The notes beneath the pieces are model-generated. The model ran no database searches. It was not told where the DNA came from and worked only from the letters and a program-made list of their open reading frames with translations. Shown one piece after another: positions 34,930 to 45,656 of a stretch of 64,000 nt of DNA. The translations under genes were made by a program, and so were the position numbers. This DNA is from Candidatus Latescibacterota bacterium. GTDB lineage: Bacteria; Latescibacterota; UBA2968; GCA-2709665. Position 1 is the stretch's first letter; every line of letters starts with the position of its first letter. The DNA lies in NCBI GenBank assembly GCA_965116875.1, contig OZ220733.1, forward strand, positions 2,528,001 through 2,592,000, read 5' to 3'.

Positions 34930-37305
34930 TTACTCGTCAGCCCCCAGGCGATAGCCTTTGCCGGGTTCGTTGAATATGTACGTCGGGTTGTCCGCATCGT
35001 CGCCAAGCTTTCGTCGTATGTTCTTCACGGCGGTGCGCAACCGTGCCCTGTCGTGAATACCCGGAGTCTTCCAAACCCACCGCAGAAGATCGTCGTGTGC
35101 AACATGTTTTCCCGCATTTACCGAAAGCTCCGCCAGCAATCGGTACTCGACGTTCGTTAACCGTACCCGCCTCCCGCTAACGGCCACGTCCCGCCTGGTG
35201 TAGTCAATCTTCAGATCACCCATTACGAATGGTTCTTCCGGCATGGGATTCCGACGTGTCTCCCTTTTACGCAGCGCGGCCCTTATCCTGGCCGCCAGTT
35301 CCGTCGGTGAAAAGGGCTTAATGACGTAATCGTCGGCGCCGGCGTCGAAGGCGCGTGCGATTGCTTCGTCATGTCCGTAGGCAGAAATAAAAATGACCGG
35401 TATATCCGGGTCCGAGATGACGTCCGTCATCACCTGGACTCCGTCGGTCCCGGGTAGCACAAGGTCCAACAACACCAGGTCGGGACGGTGCTGTTCCATA
35501 AGTCCTGGTACTTCGTCGGGGTCACCGGTCACGAGCGGGGCATATCCCTGATCCGCAAGGGCGTCTCTAACGCTCCGCAATGTGCGCGGATCGTCGTCGA
35601 CTACCAGGATTGACCGTCGTCCCTCTCCCTTGGTTGACTGTGACGTTGCAGCAGCAGCGGCTCGGTGGTGCGAAATCACTTTGTCATCGGCGATTGGAAG
35701 GGTGAAAGTGACCTGCATTCCCATACCCTCACCCTCACTCTTCGCCCAGATCCGCCCGCCGTGTGCCTCCACGATGCCCCGGCAGATAGCCAGGCCCCAT
35801 CCCGATTCCGCATCTTTGTCCGTCTCGTCCTCGCCCCTCTGTCTTGTGAACGTGCGAAAGAGGCGCGGAAGGCGCTCGGGCGATATACCACGGCCTCTGT
35901 CAGCCACGCAAATGGCCAGATAGACGCCTTCCTCCGTGGCCGTCACACGAATGGGAGCAGTCTCGGAAGAGTACCGGGAGGCGTTGGAAAAGAGGTTGCC
36001 CAGAACCTGGACGACGCGCTTGCTGTCCGCCAGGACATAAGGAAGATGCGGCGGCAGATCGATGTGGATATGGTTTCTGCCGACTCCGCTCAGGAACGCG
36101 CTACGAGCCCGTTCCACGAGTTCGGTCACAACCATGGGTTCCGGGCTGACATGCAATGTGCCTGTCTCGATGCGGGCGACGTCCAGAAGGTCTCTGATCA
36201 GGCTCCGCATCAGGTCCGCCTGTTCATCTATGATCCGGAAAAACTGACTCGTCTCGGCGGCGTCATGGTTTGGCGTGTCTGCCAGCGCCGTGGTGGCGAC
36301 GCCTTTGACGGCGGCCAACGGTGTCCACAGTTCGTGACTGACCATCGCCAGAAAGTCGATTCGAAGCCGATCAAGATCGTCCAACGGCGTCATGTCCTGA
36401 AGGGTCACCACAAAATACGCCATTTCTCCGTCATCCGCGCAGACCGGCGTTGCGTTCAGCAATGCACGTACACTGCGGCCATCGGGGACGTGAAAGACAA
36501 TCTCCTCAGCGCGGACAGTCTCGCCAACGCTAAGGGCCTGGGTTAACGTGAGTTCTTGAAGGGAGAACTCACGCCCGTCGGCTCGCTGGATGTTCGTCAA
36601 CTGAAGGAGTTGCTCCGCCTTCTGGCCTGGCTTGAGGAGATCTTTTACAATCCTTCGTGCCTCCCGATTGATAGACACCGGTTTCCCATGCTTTACGTCG
36701 AATACCACCACGCCCACCGGAGATGTATCTACCAGAGTCTCAAGGTCGAGCCTCGTCCGTTTTTCCTCCTGATATCGTTGGGCATTGGCCAGCACGAGCG
36801 CCGCCTGCGAGGCGAACATCACCAGGGTCTCTTCGTCTTCGCGGCTGAACTCACGGCCAGGGTCACTTTTTGCGACAAAAATGTAGCCTACCTCTTCGCC
36901 CCCATATAGGATAGGGGCCCATAGCGCCGCAGTCACGGATACGGGCAGACTGAATTCGGGAAGATCCAACGAGCGGGCGTAACCGACAATGTCGGGGTGC
37001 CTCAACTGTCCCGGGTTGTCTCTCAGGGACTCGAAGAGCTCCGGGCCTTCAGGCATCGTCCACAGACAGTTACTCTCGTCCGGCGTCAGGCCGGAAGAAA
37101 GCAAATCGCCGATCCCCAGTGTATCGTCAATGAGGACCATCACCCCATAACGGGCGTACGTCAGCGCGCGGGCACTGTCCAGAACCCCCTGCAGCACCGT
37201 TTCGTAGTCCAGGCTCGCATTGATGCGAAGGCTGGCCTCGCTGAGCTTTGACAGGCGGTCGCGGAGGGCCTTTATCTCCCTGTCGCGCTCGTTTTCGTCT
37301 GTCAC
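34930..37305 (-). CDS. Cytoplasmic hybrid sensor kinase/regulator GAF-PAS-HisKA-HATPase-REC-wHTH, copy 1
   Basis: GAF (FSREDEETL..FASQAA), PAS (PVGVVV..NATP), SHELWTPL, NLFSNA, DRGRG, GWGL, VVDDD..LLD..KPF, OmpR-type C-terminus ending GYRL. Start GTG 37305 or 37344. Confidence 0.9.
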   Translation of the reverse strand: MTDENERDREIKALRDRLSKLSEASLRINASLDYETVLQGVLDSARALTYARYGVMVLIDDTLGIGDLLSSGLTPDESNCLWTMPEGPELFESLRDNPGQLRHPDIVGYARSLDLPEFSLPVSVTAALWAPILYGGEEVGYIFVAKSDPGREFSREDEETLVMFASQAALVLANAQRYQEEKRTRLDLETLVDTSPVGVVVFDVKHGKPVSINREARRIVKDLLKPGQKAEQLLQLTNIQRADGREFSLQELTLTQALSVGETVRAEEIVFHVPDGRSVRALLNATPVCADDGEMAYFVVTLQDMTPLDDLDRLRIDFLAMVSHELWTPLAAVKGVATTALADTPNHDAAETSQFFRIIDEQADLMRSLIRDLLDVARIETGTLHVSPEPMVVTELVERARSAFLSGVGRNHIHIDLPPHLPYVLADSKRVVQVLGNLFSNASRYSSETAPIRVTATEEGVYLAICVADRGRGISPERLPRLFRTFTRQRGEDETDKDAESGWGLAICRGIVEAHGGRIWAKSEGEGMGMQVTFTLPIADDKVISHHRAAAAATSQSTKGEGRRSILVVDDDPRTLRSVRDALADQGYAPLVTGDPDEVPGLMEQHRPDLVLLDLVLPGTDGVQVMTDVISDPDIPVIFISAYGHDEAIARAFDAGADDYVIKPFSPTELAARIRAALRKRETRRNPMPEEPFVMGDLKIDYTRRDVAVSGRRVRLTNVEYRLLAELSVNAGKHVAHDDLLRWVWKTPGIHDRARLRTAVKNIRRKLGDDADNPTYIFNEPGKGYRLGADE

Positions 37306-37800
37306 ACGTATACCTTTATCGGTTAACAGTAGCCCGCCGGTCACAGGCCGTCAATAGCCGGCAGGCGCGAAACGTTTGGCAAAGGCCGATGAATCACGCC
37401 ATTTCGAATAAAATTCACGATAAACTCATCATATATGCACAAAAGATCACAGACTCATCATGGATTTCTTTCTATCTTGGAAGGAATATAGGACCGTATT
37501 TGCCAGTGATCCAAGACTTTTCTATACATCCACGCCGGGATGACATAAACAACCGCCAGTACCCTGACCCACAGGAGTCAAAAGCCCACGGTTTTCAGAA
37601 GACGCCCAATGGACCGTGATCCCCGGTAAAGAGTCGCAGGCTTTGGTATCGGACGGAAGAATACATCGCGAGAGATGAAGCCCCAAGCGCCGGTGTCGTG
37701 TCGCGTGCACGAAACAGACCGACCACCTTCCTGTTTAACACGCATCCTGGAACCGGGACCCGCGCAAGGCGCGTCAAGAAAATAAGAAAGGGAAGACACC

Positions 37801-39801
37801 ATGGCGACGTCCAGATGTCTATTGAGCCCTCCCGTACACCGCTGTAAAGGCTTGGCGCACTCCTACTCTATTGGGATCGTATGCATTGCGCTGATATTCT
37901 CTCCGAGGGCAGTGGGGTCCCAGGACGGTTTTTCACTGTCCGCGGACGTTGATGCGACTGCGCGGGACCAGGGTGTGACGACCGCCGAGGTTTCCCCGGA
38001 AACAACTGTTTCAATCCAGGTTTTCGGGAGTAACCTCGGCCCTACCCAGGGCTTGTCCGTTCGATTCGTGTACGATAGCGGTCAGGTCGTGTATGAAGGT
38101 GCGGACGCGGGCGATGTGTATTCCAGCGCCCAGGTTCTTGTAGAAACCGGTACGCACCCGACGTCGGTCACTGTGGGTGTCGCGTCGCCGGGCGGTCGCG
38201 CCTCCGCATCGGCCGGGCTCGTCTGTACAGTCGGCTTTCGCTCGTCGGCTTCGTTTACCGGCACGACGATCCGCATCGTGGAGGCCGTACATGGAGGAGA
38301 CGGCCAACAGGACACCTTGAAGTTGAGCCTCGCCATCAAGTTGGTTCCGGCAACGGAAGGACCGTCTCCGGACTTCGATACAGACGGGACGGTCGGTTTT
38401 CCCGATTTTCTGCTGTTCGCGTCGCATTTTGGATCAACGGCGGGCGAGGGTGACTATGACGCGAGGTTCGACCTGAATGCAGATGGGTCTGTCGGGTTTG
38501 CAGACTTTCTCATGTTTGCGGGACGATTCGGCCAAAGCGTGGCGGTACCGGCGCCGGACCGCGGTCCGCTGGTAGCCCTGTATGACGCGACCCTTGGGTA
38601 CAATTGGACGACACAGACAAACTGGCTGACGGACAATCCCATTTCCACGTGGCACGGCGTCACGGTGCAGGATGGTCGCGTAACCGAGATAACCCTGGTC
38701 CAAAACAACCTTACAGGCTCGATTCCGTCCGAAGTGGGCAATCTTTCCAATCTCAGAGATCTGAAACTTTACCAGAACCAGCTGAGCGGATCGATACCTG
38801 CAGCACTGGGTAATCTCCCCAATCTCGAAGTGCTGCTTCTAGACCAGAACGCGCTCGGTGGGGCGATCCCGCCGGAATTGGGCAACCTGACCGGCCTGAC
38901 AGATCTGGATCTTCAGCAGAACCAGTTGACGGGGCCGATTCCGTCCGAACTGGGCAATCTTCCCAACCTGATCGGTCTGAGACTCTTCCAGAACCAACTG
39001 AGCGGATCGATTCCTGCAGCACTGGGTAATCTACCCAATCTCGAAGTGCTGCTTCTGGACCAGAACGCGCTCGGTGGGACGATCCCGCCGGAATTGGACA
39101 ACCTGTCCGGCCTGACAGTTCTGAATCTTCAGCAGAACCAGTTGACGGGTCCGATCCCGCCGGAATTGGGCAACCTGACCGGCCTGACAGATCTGAATCT
39201 TCAGCAGAACCAGTTGACGGGGCCGATTCCGTCCGAACTGGGCAATCTTTCCAACCTGATCGGTCTGAGACTTTTCCAGAACCAACTGAGCGGATCGATA
39301 CCTGCAGCACTGGGTAATCTACCCAATCTCGAAGAGCTGCTTCTAGACCAGAACACGCTCGGTGGGACGATTCCGCCGGAATTGGGCAACCTGACCGGCC
39401 TGACAGTTCTGAATCTTCAGGAGAACCAGTTGACGGGGCCGATTCCGTCCGAATTGGGCAATCTTTCCAACCTGGCAAGTCTGAATCTTCAGGAGAACCA
39501 GTTGACGGGGCCGATTCCGTCCGAATTGGGCAATCTCTCCAACCTCGAAGTGCTGCAACTTCACCAGAATGGACTCAGTGGATCTGTCCCGACCGAGATT
39601 GGCAACCTGACCCGTATGCAGTTTCTGACGTTCCACGCAACGGATCTGAACGGCGCGCTTCCCCTGAGCCTGACAGCATTGACCGAACTGGGGGGATTCT
39701 TCTTCAGGGGGGACGGAAGTCTTTGCGCGCCGCTGGATACGTCTTTTCAGGCGTGGTTGCAGCTTGTCGAAGCATTCGATGGCCCAAACTGCTCGCAATA
39801 G
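37801..39801 (+). CDS. Secreted protein: cohesin-like + dockerin-like EF-hand pair + plant-type LRR array
   Basis: Signal-like N-terminus; PDFDTDGTVGFPDF..DLNADGSVGFADF; LRRNT-like cap (LVALYDAT...W..WHGVT); about 14 24-aa repeats NxLxGxIPxELGNLxxLxxLxL. Confidence 0.88.
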   Translation: MATSRCLLSPPVHRCKGLAHSYSIGIVCIALIFSPRAVGSQDGFSLSADVDATARDQGVTTAEVSPETTVSIQVFGSNLGPTQGLSVRFVYDSGQVVYEGADAGDVYSSAQVLVETGTHPTSVTVGVASPGGRASASAGLVCTVGFRSSASFTGTTIRIVEAVHGGDGQQDTLKLSLAIKLVPATEGPSPDFDTDGTVGFPDFLLFASHFGSTAGEGDYDARFDLNADGSVGFADFLMFAGRFGQSVAVPAPDRGPLVALYDATLGYNWTTQTNWLTDNPISTWHGVTVQDGRVTEITLVQNNLTGSIPSEVGNLSNLRDLKLYQNQLSGSIPAALGNLPNLEVLLLDQNALGGAIPPELGNLTGLTDLDLQQNQLTGPIPSELGNLPNLIGLRLFQNQLSGSIPAALGNLPNLEVLLLDQNALGGTIPPELDNLSGLTVLNLQQNQLTGPIPPELGNLTGLTDLNLQQNQLTGPIPSELGNLSNLIGLRLFQNQLSGSIPAALGNLPNLEELLLDQNTLGGTIPPELGNLTGLTVLNLQENQLTGPIPSELGNLSNLASLNLQENQLTGPIPSELGNLSNLEVLQLHQNGLSGSVPTEIGNLTRMQFLTFHATDLNGALPLSLTALTELGGFFFRGDGSLCAPLDTSFQAWLQLVEAFDGPNCSQ

Positions 39802-39899
39802 ATTCCGCGTGATCCATTGCGTACAAACCACTCGCCCGAGCCGTCGAACACATGAACCACCCGGGCGCATCGAGAAGGTTCGCCGACTGGCTCCGCCCA

Positions 39900-40085
39900 G
39901 CAACGTGGGGTGGGAACTCCGGGTGCGCCCGGACGGCTTCGTCCTCGACCTCGGCGGTGGTCTCACGCTCTCCGGCCCGTCGCGCGGGCTGCAGGCCGAA
40001 ATCAGGGGGCGCGGCCCGCTCTCCCACGAATCAGAGGGCTTCCGTGAACGTGGCTTCTCGGGCTCGCTCGCCTGGTCCCAAGCTG
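39900..40085 (+). pseudogene. Remnant of an autotransporter-like beta-domain
   Basis: GFVLDLGGGLTLSGPSRGLQAEIRGRGPLSHESEGFRERGFSGSLAW has an alternating beta-barrel pattern; no credible start or end. Confidence 0.45.
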
Positions 40086-40456
40086 CCCCTGCATTGGCTC
40101 GCCAATCGGCTTTTTGCGCATGCACCGTCCGGCGACTCCGATGCAGAGCCCGGACAGACCCGGCTAATGTCCGGCCATCCGAATGGCCCTGAACGTCCGG
40201 AATACGCACAGGAAAGCCTTTGGGCGATCCGAGGTGTTGCGCGTCCTGTGTTGCGCGGTATGAGGATATAACTGCCCACGGGTCTTTCTGGGCGTACAGG
40301 GATGTTCTAGAAGAGTACCCCGTATTCCTGGGTCGCGGGAATCGCCTGTGGCCTCTCAGGTCGTACGCCGGCATCTCCTGCCAGGGCCACGTGCCTTCGG
40401 TCCATGTCATTGCGAGAGATCGCACCCGCCAGGGCGGGGTAGCGCAGATCTTCAAC

Positions 40457-43400
40457 ATGATGCGCCATCTCAATTCATCCACGTCTGCGCCCGGCACTGC
40501 GAGTATGCTGTGTTTGCTGTTTTTCGCGGTTCCTTGGTCGCTGTCCTCGCAGACTGTCGGGTTTTCGCTCTCGTTGGACATGAACGAAGCTGCGGGCGAC
40601 CAATCCGTGTCCTCGCTCGACCTCCTTCCCGATCACCCCTTCTCGATACAAATCTTCGGTGCGGAAATTCAGGACGCCACTGGAATTTCCGCGCGCTTGC
40701 GTTTCGACGCATCCCAGGTCACGTACGAGGGCTTCGACCCGGGTGACGTGCTGCCCGGCGGCCAGGTCGTCGTACAGCAGGATACAACGTCGGTCCAGGT
40801 CGGCGTGTCGACGTTGAGCGGATCGGCATCTGTAAACACCGGCTATGTGGGCACGCTGCGTTTCCGAACGACGGCTGCATTCTCTGATACAGAGATCTGG
40901 CTTGTAGACGCGGCACTTACCCGCGGCGGGCAGACCGAGACGATCTCGCCCGCCATCGGCGTGACGCTGCAGATTGCCGCGGCTCCTTCACCGGACTTCG
41001 ACGGCAACGGCCTGGTGGGTTTTTCCGACTTCGTGGCGTTCGCGGGCAGCTTCGGTTCACAGCGGGGCGATAGTAAGTTTGATGCGAGATACGATCTTAA
41101 CGGCGACGGTGGCATCGGTTTCGACGACTATCTGGTCTTCGCCAGCAGATTCGGCGAAGAGGCCAACCGGGCGCCGGTGTTTGGCGCCGTGCCTCCGGTT
41201 CGGCGTACCGTGGCCGAAAACACGGCGGCCGGTGAACCCATCGGCGACCCTGTGACGGCCACGGACGCCGACGGCGATTCCCTGACGTACCGTCTGCGCG
41301 GCGTACACGCGGACAGCTTTGCCATCGAGGCGGGCACGGGCCAGCTGCTGACAAGAGAGGGGGTTGTCTACGACCACGAGGCCAGGGACGCCTACTCCGT
41401 CACGGTGTGGGCAAGCGACGGTCAGGGGGGCCGCGCCACGATTGTGGTGGGCATCATGGTTACCGACGTGGACGAACCGCCCACCACGGCCCCGGACAGT
41501 GTGGCGGTGGCCTCACTCGACAGCGCCTTATCTGTAACGTGGCTTGCGGCGATGGACGAAGCGGGCAAGCCTCCCGTTAGCGGGTATGAGGTGGGGCACA
41601 AGCAGGCGGAGGCCGAGGCGTGGCCGGAGGAACTGCTGCTGGTGGAAAGGCGCGCGGATACGGGCGTGACGATACCGGGTCTGACCAACGAGCAGGCGTA
41701 TCACGTGCGTGTGCGCACAATGAACGAGGAGGGTGGCAGCCCCTGGTCGGAGACCGTTGCCGGGGCCCCCACGGCGGGTCCGCGGCCCAGGGGCGTGGTC
41801 CGCGACCTGAGGGTGGACGTCGACAGCGTCGCGCAGGTGTACCTGGCCCGCCTGTTCACACGGCCCGCCCTCGGGACGCTGACGTATGACGCGTCGTCGT
41901 CCAACGAGGGGGTGGCCACGGTGACGGTCTCGGATACGCTGGCGGCGGTACGCGGCGTGCGGGCCGGGCGCGCGACCCTCACGGCCACGGCCCGGGACGT
42001 GCACGGCAACAGCGCCCAGACGACCTTCTTCGTCATCGTAACGGGAACGGGGCCGCCACCGGGATCCGGCGGCGGTGGGGGCGCCGGCCCCGTCGGACCG
42101 TTCGTGCCGCCAACGCCGCCTCAGCCACCTCAGCGGCCAACGCCGCCTCAGCCGCCTCAAACGCCAGCGAACAATCGCGCGCCGACGTTCGTCGACGGTT
42201 CGACCACGTCGCGAAGTGTGCCTGAGAACACCCCCGCGCGTCAGCCGATACAGCACCCTGTTCGCGCTACTGATCTCGATCAACACCAGCTAACGTATAC
42301 ACTCTCGGGCCCGGATTCTGAGCGATTTGCCCTGGACACGGATACCGGTCAACTGCGCACGCGGCCGGGCGTGATCTACAACCACGAGGCAGCAGACCAC
42401 CATTCGGTTACGCTTAAGGCCGACGATAGCAACGGCGGCACGGCAACAATTGACGTTACGATCCATGTGACCGACGTAGACGAACCGCCGGCGCGGCCCC
42501 CGGCGCCTCGATTGACGGTCCCGGACACCGGTTCACCAGCAATCATCGTGTCGCCCGACCCAGAACCGCCGGCGAATACAGGACCGAGAATCACGCTCTG
42601 GGAAATACAGCATCGCAGCGGGAATACCGGAGAATTCAACATCTACAACCCGGATCCCGAGCCCGACTGGTCCAAATCCGATTGGGAGGCCACAATCACA
42701 GGCTTGAACAGAGACGCAACCTACGAGGTACAGGTACGCGCGAGAAATGACGAAGGGGAGAGTGGGTGGTCTCCTTCGGCCGAGGCAACGATCTCCAATC
42801 AGTCCCCGATTGCCGAGGGTTCCATCCAGGACATATCGCTTCCGGTGGGTGGTCTCACGGAGATTGTATCCGTGGACGGCACGTTTCGCGATCCCGATGA
42901 CGACGGAATGACCTATACGGCAACGTCGAGCAACGCGGCTGCCGCGTCGGTCAAAGTCATGAATACCAACGTTTTGGTCCAACCCCTGTCCGCGGACACC
43001 GTGGATATTACGGTGACGGCGACCGATCCGTGGGGGGCGTCCGGCTCGACGACGTTTACCGCCAGCGTTCAGGCGCCCGCGCTGTCGGCTCTCACGGTAA
43101 GCATCAGCGGAGACCGCGTCACATTCGAATTCACCGACGATTTCAACGCCAACGAGACCCGGGCATACCGGTTCAGAATCAGGCAGAAGGAGCCGACCGG
43201 TAGTTGGGCGACCGGCTGCTTCACGGAAACCAACGATGAGAATTCCGCGAAGACTGTCATGGTCGCCGTTGAGGATGAGGTCTCCGATTTCTTTATGTCC
43301 GGAACCACATACGAAGCAGACTTTGGATATCTGGGGACGAATTGTAACGCCGACTTGACGGGCGTACGCTCTGCGGCAGCCGAGGCGAGAGCCGCCGGAA

Positions 43401-44275
43401 CATCTTCCTTCGATATCGAGCTTGTCTTTGTCAGCAGTGTCCCCGCAGAATACCGGTCGGCGTTTGAAACTGCCGCGCGGCGCTGGGAGCAGATCATCAT
43501 CGGGGAGGTCCCGAACCATGATCTGTCATCCGCCGCCCGCGCCGTGTTGGAATACCTCTATCCGGGGACCACCTCTCCCACGGTTGTCGACGATCTTTTG
43601 ATCTACGTTGAGACTCCCGCGATTGACGGTGTCGGCGGTGCGCTTGCCGCGGCGAGACGCCTCGTATGGCGGGTCCCGTCGTCCCTTCCCGTCGCAAGCG
43701 GCATCAGACTCGACAGGAACGACCTTGACGCCATGACGGATCAGAAGCGCTCTGCCGTCATTCTTCACGAGATCGGCCATGCGTTGGGATTCGGACTTGA
43801 GTCATGGACGGACCTCAACCTCCTGAAAAATGCGTCTCTCGATAGCGACAACACCCCGATAACGCCCGCCCTCGATACGTATTTCGCGGGTAAAAAGGCG
43901 ATTTCCGCGTTCAATGCGGCGGGAGGATCCACGTACAGCGGCAAAAAAGTCCCGGTAGAGAATTCGGGTGGCGCCGGCAGCCGGGACAGTCACTGGCGGG
44001 AATCCGTATTCGCGAATGAACTCATGACGTCCACCGTGAACAGTAACGTCACGCAGCCACTAAGCGCAATCACGATCCAGTCGTTGGCAGACATAGGCTA
44101 CGGCGTCGACTCATTACAAGCGGATTCGTACACCTTGCCTTCCTCCTCTTCCAAGATTGCAATTGAGTCCGACGGGCTGAACCTGCTCAACTGCGTGGAA
44201 ACGCACCCACTTGCCGGACCCGATGAACCTGATCCCAAAATCCTCAATCTGCGGAAGGCGGGCGGCCACGAATGA
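40457..44275 (+). CDS. Secreted multidomain protein: cohesin-like, dockerin-like, cadherin/FN3/Ig, C-terminal leishmanolysin-like (M8) protease
   Basis: Start MMRHLN at 40457, 1272 aa. EF-hand pair; cadherin motifs (AEN..ATDADGD..DHE..DVDEPP); FN3; Pro-rich linker; HEIGHALG..SHW..NELM. Confidence 0.85.
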   Translation: MMRHLNSSTSAPGTASMLCLLFFAVPWSLSSQTVGFSLSLDMNEAAGDQSVSSLDLLPDHPFSIQIFGAEIQDATGISARLRFDASQVTYEGFDPGDVLPGGQVVVQQDTTSVQVGVSTLSGSASVNTGYVGTLRFRTTAAFSDTEIWLVDAALTRGGQTETISPAIGVTLQIAAAPSPDFDGNGLVGFSDFVAFAGSFGSQRGDSKFDARYDLNGDGGIGFDDYLVFASRFGEEANRAPVFGAVPPVRRTVAENTAAGEPIGDPVTATDADGDSLTYRLRGVHADSFAIEAGTGQLLTREGVVYDHEARDAYSVTVWASDGQGGRATIVVGIMVTDVDEPPTTAPDSVAVASLDSALSVTWLAAMDEAGKPPVSGYEVGHKQAEAEAWPEELLLVERRADTGVTIPGLTNEQAYHVRVRTMNEEGGSPWSETVAGAPTAGPRPRGVVRDLRVDVDSVAQVYLARLFTRPALGTLTYDASSSNEGVATVTVSDTLAAVRGVRAGRATLTATARDVHGNSAQTTFFVIVTGTGPPPGSGGGGGAGPVGPFVPPTPPQPPQRPTPPQPPQTPANNRAPTFVDGSTTSRSVPENTPARQPIQHPVRATDLDQHQLTYTLSGPDSERFALDTDTGQLRTRPGVIYNHEAADHHSVTLKADDSNGGTATIDVTIHVTDVDEPPARPPAPRLTVPDTGSPAIIVSPDPEPPANTGPRITLWEIQHRSGNTGEFNIYNPDPEPDWSKSDWEATITGLNRDATYEVQVRARNDEGESGWSPSAEATISNQSPIAEGSIQDISLPVGGLTEIVSVDGTFRDPDDDGMTYTATSSNAAAASVKVMNTNVLVQPLSADTVDITVTATDPWGASGSTTFTASVQAPALSALTVSISGDRVTFEFTDDFNANETRAYRFRIRQKEPTGSWATGCFTETNDENSAKTVMVAVEDEVSDFFMSGTTYEADFGYLGTNCNADLTGVRSAAAEARAAGTSSFDIELVFVSSVPAEYRSAFETAARRWEQIIIGEVPNHDLSSAARAVLEYLYPGTTSPTVVDDLLIYVETPAIDGVGGALAAARRLVWRVPSSLPVASGIRLDRNDLDAMTDQKRSAVILHEIGHALGFGLESWTDLNLLKNASLDSDNTPITPALDTYFAGKKAISAFNAAGGSTYSGKKVPVENSGGAGSRDSHWRESVFANELMTSTVNSNVTQPLSAITIQSLADIGYGVDSLQADSYTLPSSSSKIAIESDGLNLLNCVETHPLAGPDEPDPKILNLRKAGGHE

Positions 44276-44804
44276 ATGATGTGGATACCTGCTCTTCGGG
44301 CGCGACCACGGCAGCACCGAATGCGGTCAATCGAATGCGGCGCCCGAAAACGACCGGACACAGTATGCAATGACCATCCGACCAAAACGTCTGTCGCTCA
44401 TTCGCCGATACTGTCTTCCTGAGGAGGCCTCCAGGCCGACGAAGGAACTTCTGCGGCATGGGTTCATCCCAGAGCGTCTGGAATTCGCTCCAACTTAAAA
44501 TGCGGCACGTCCCGTAACTGGGCTGCGCTAAAGAATCATGAGAAAATTTATCGTAGGCATCTTGACCTGTATGGGTTACGCGATTGTTATCGCAATTGTC
44601 TATTTTCTGGCTTGGTGGTTTGTTGGTGGATTTCTCGATAATTGAGCAAAGCACATCCAAAGTTGGAGTTGCCGCGGTCTTATCGGGGGTGTAACGCTTG
44701 CAGGACAAGACCATGTCTTTATATCCCTGACGATAACCGTCGCTCGATTGACCATTCGGTTCACTATTGCCTCTGATTCCACTTATAGCCAGATCGCTTT
44801 CGTG

Positions 44805-45290
44805 ATGCGTCATCACAAATCAACCACGTTGGAGCTTGGTGTTGCGGGTCTTCTATGCCTGTTCGTGCTTCCCTGGCCGCCGTCGACGCAGCCCAGTGGT
44901 TTTTCCCTCACGCTGGACCTGGACGCCGCTGAAGGTGACCAGTCTGTCTCTTCGCTTGACCTCCTTCCCGATCAGCCGTTCTCAATACAAATCTTCGGTG
45001 CGGACATCCAGGGCGCCACCGGATTGTTCGCGCGCATCCGTTTCGACACATCCCAGGTCGCGTACGAGGGCTTCGATGCCGGCGATGCACTGCCCGGCGT
45101 CGATGCCGTCGTACAGCAGGATTCCACGTCCCTCACCGTCGGCGTCTCTTCCCTGAGTGATTCCGCATCGGTGAACGCGGGTCGGATCGGTACGGTGCGC
45201 TTCCGTACCACGGCTTCGTTCTCCGATACAGAGATCTGGCTCATTGACGCGGAGCTTACTCGCGGCGAACAGACTGGGACGATCGCGCCG
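44805..45290 (+). pseudogene. Truncated surface-protein gene (signal peptide + cohesin-like domain only)
   Basis: Near-identical to the N-termini at 40457 and 46278; breaks just before the dockerin-like domain, where it joins the ATPase remnant. Confidence 0.8.
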
Positions 45291-45616
45291 CTCCAGAGCC
45301 GGTCGAGGAAATCCCGCCACGGCAGGATCAGAATCTGGAAATACCCCTTCGCGGTGGGCGCGCTCACGCAGCATTCCGAGGCAATTGTGTTGTAATTGAT
45401 TACCTCCAGCCGGCGATACACGTCGGCCAGCAGGAGGTCGTAACGCCTGGCCCGGGGATATAGCGTGCGGATGAGCGTACTCTTGCCGGTCTGACGCGGA
45501 CCCCACAAAAAACACGTCTGTTGTTCCGTAAAATCTAAATTTAATATTCGATTATAAATGAATATCTAATATAGAGATTTAGATATTCAAATCAATCCGA
45601 ATCTTTGAGACCGTGC
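45276..45616 (-). pseudogene. Internally deleted copy of the AAA/DUF4143 gene with its promoter
   Basis: Three blocks match 32898-32957, 33375-33448 and 33896-34105; start codon changed ATG to ATT. Confidence 0.88.
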
Positions 45617-45656
45617 CTGGAGCGGCTTTGAATGTCTTGCAGATGCACCGGTTTCC

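Noticed and set aside
38700-39620. CRISPR or non-coding tandem repeat
   Set aside because: The 72-nt period is the in-frame 24-aa LRR coding repeat.
44244-44816. 190-aa minus-strand ORF
   Set aside because: No recognisable motif, atypical composition, and it overlaps neighbouring genes; probably decayed intergenic DNA.
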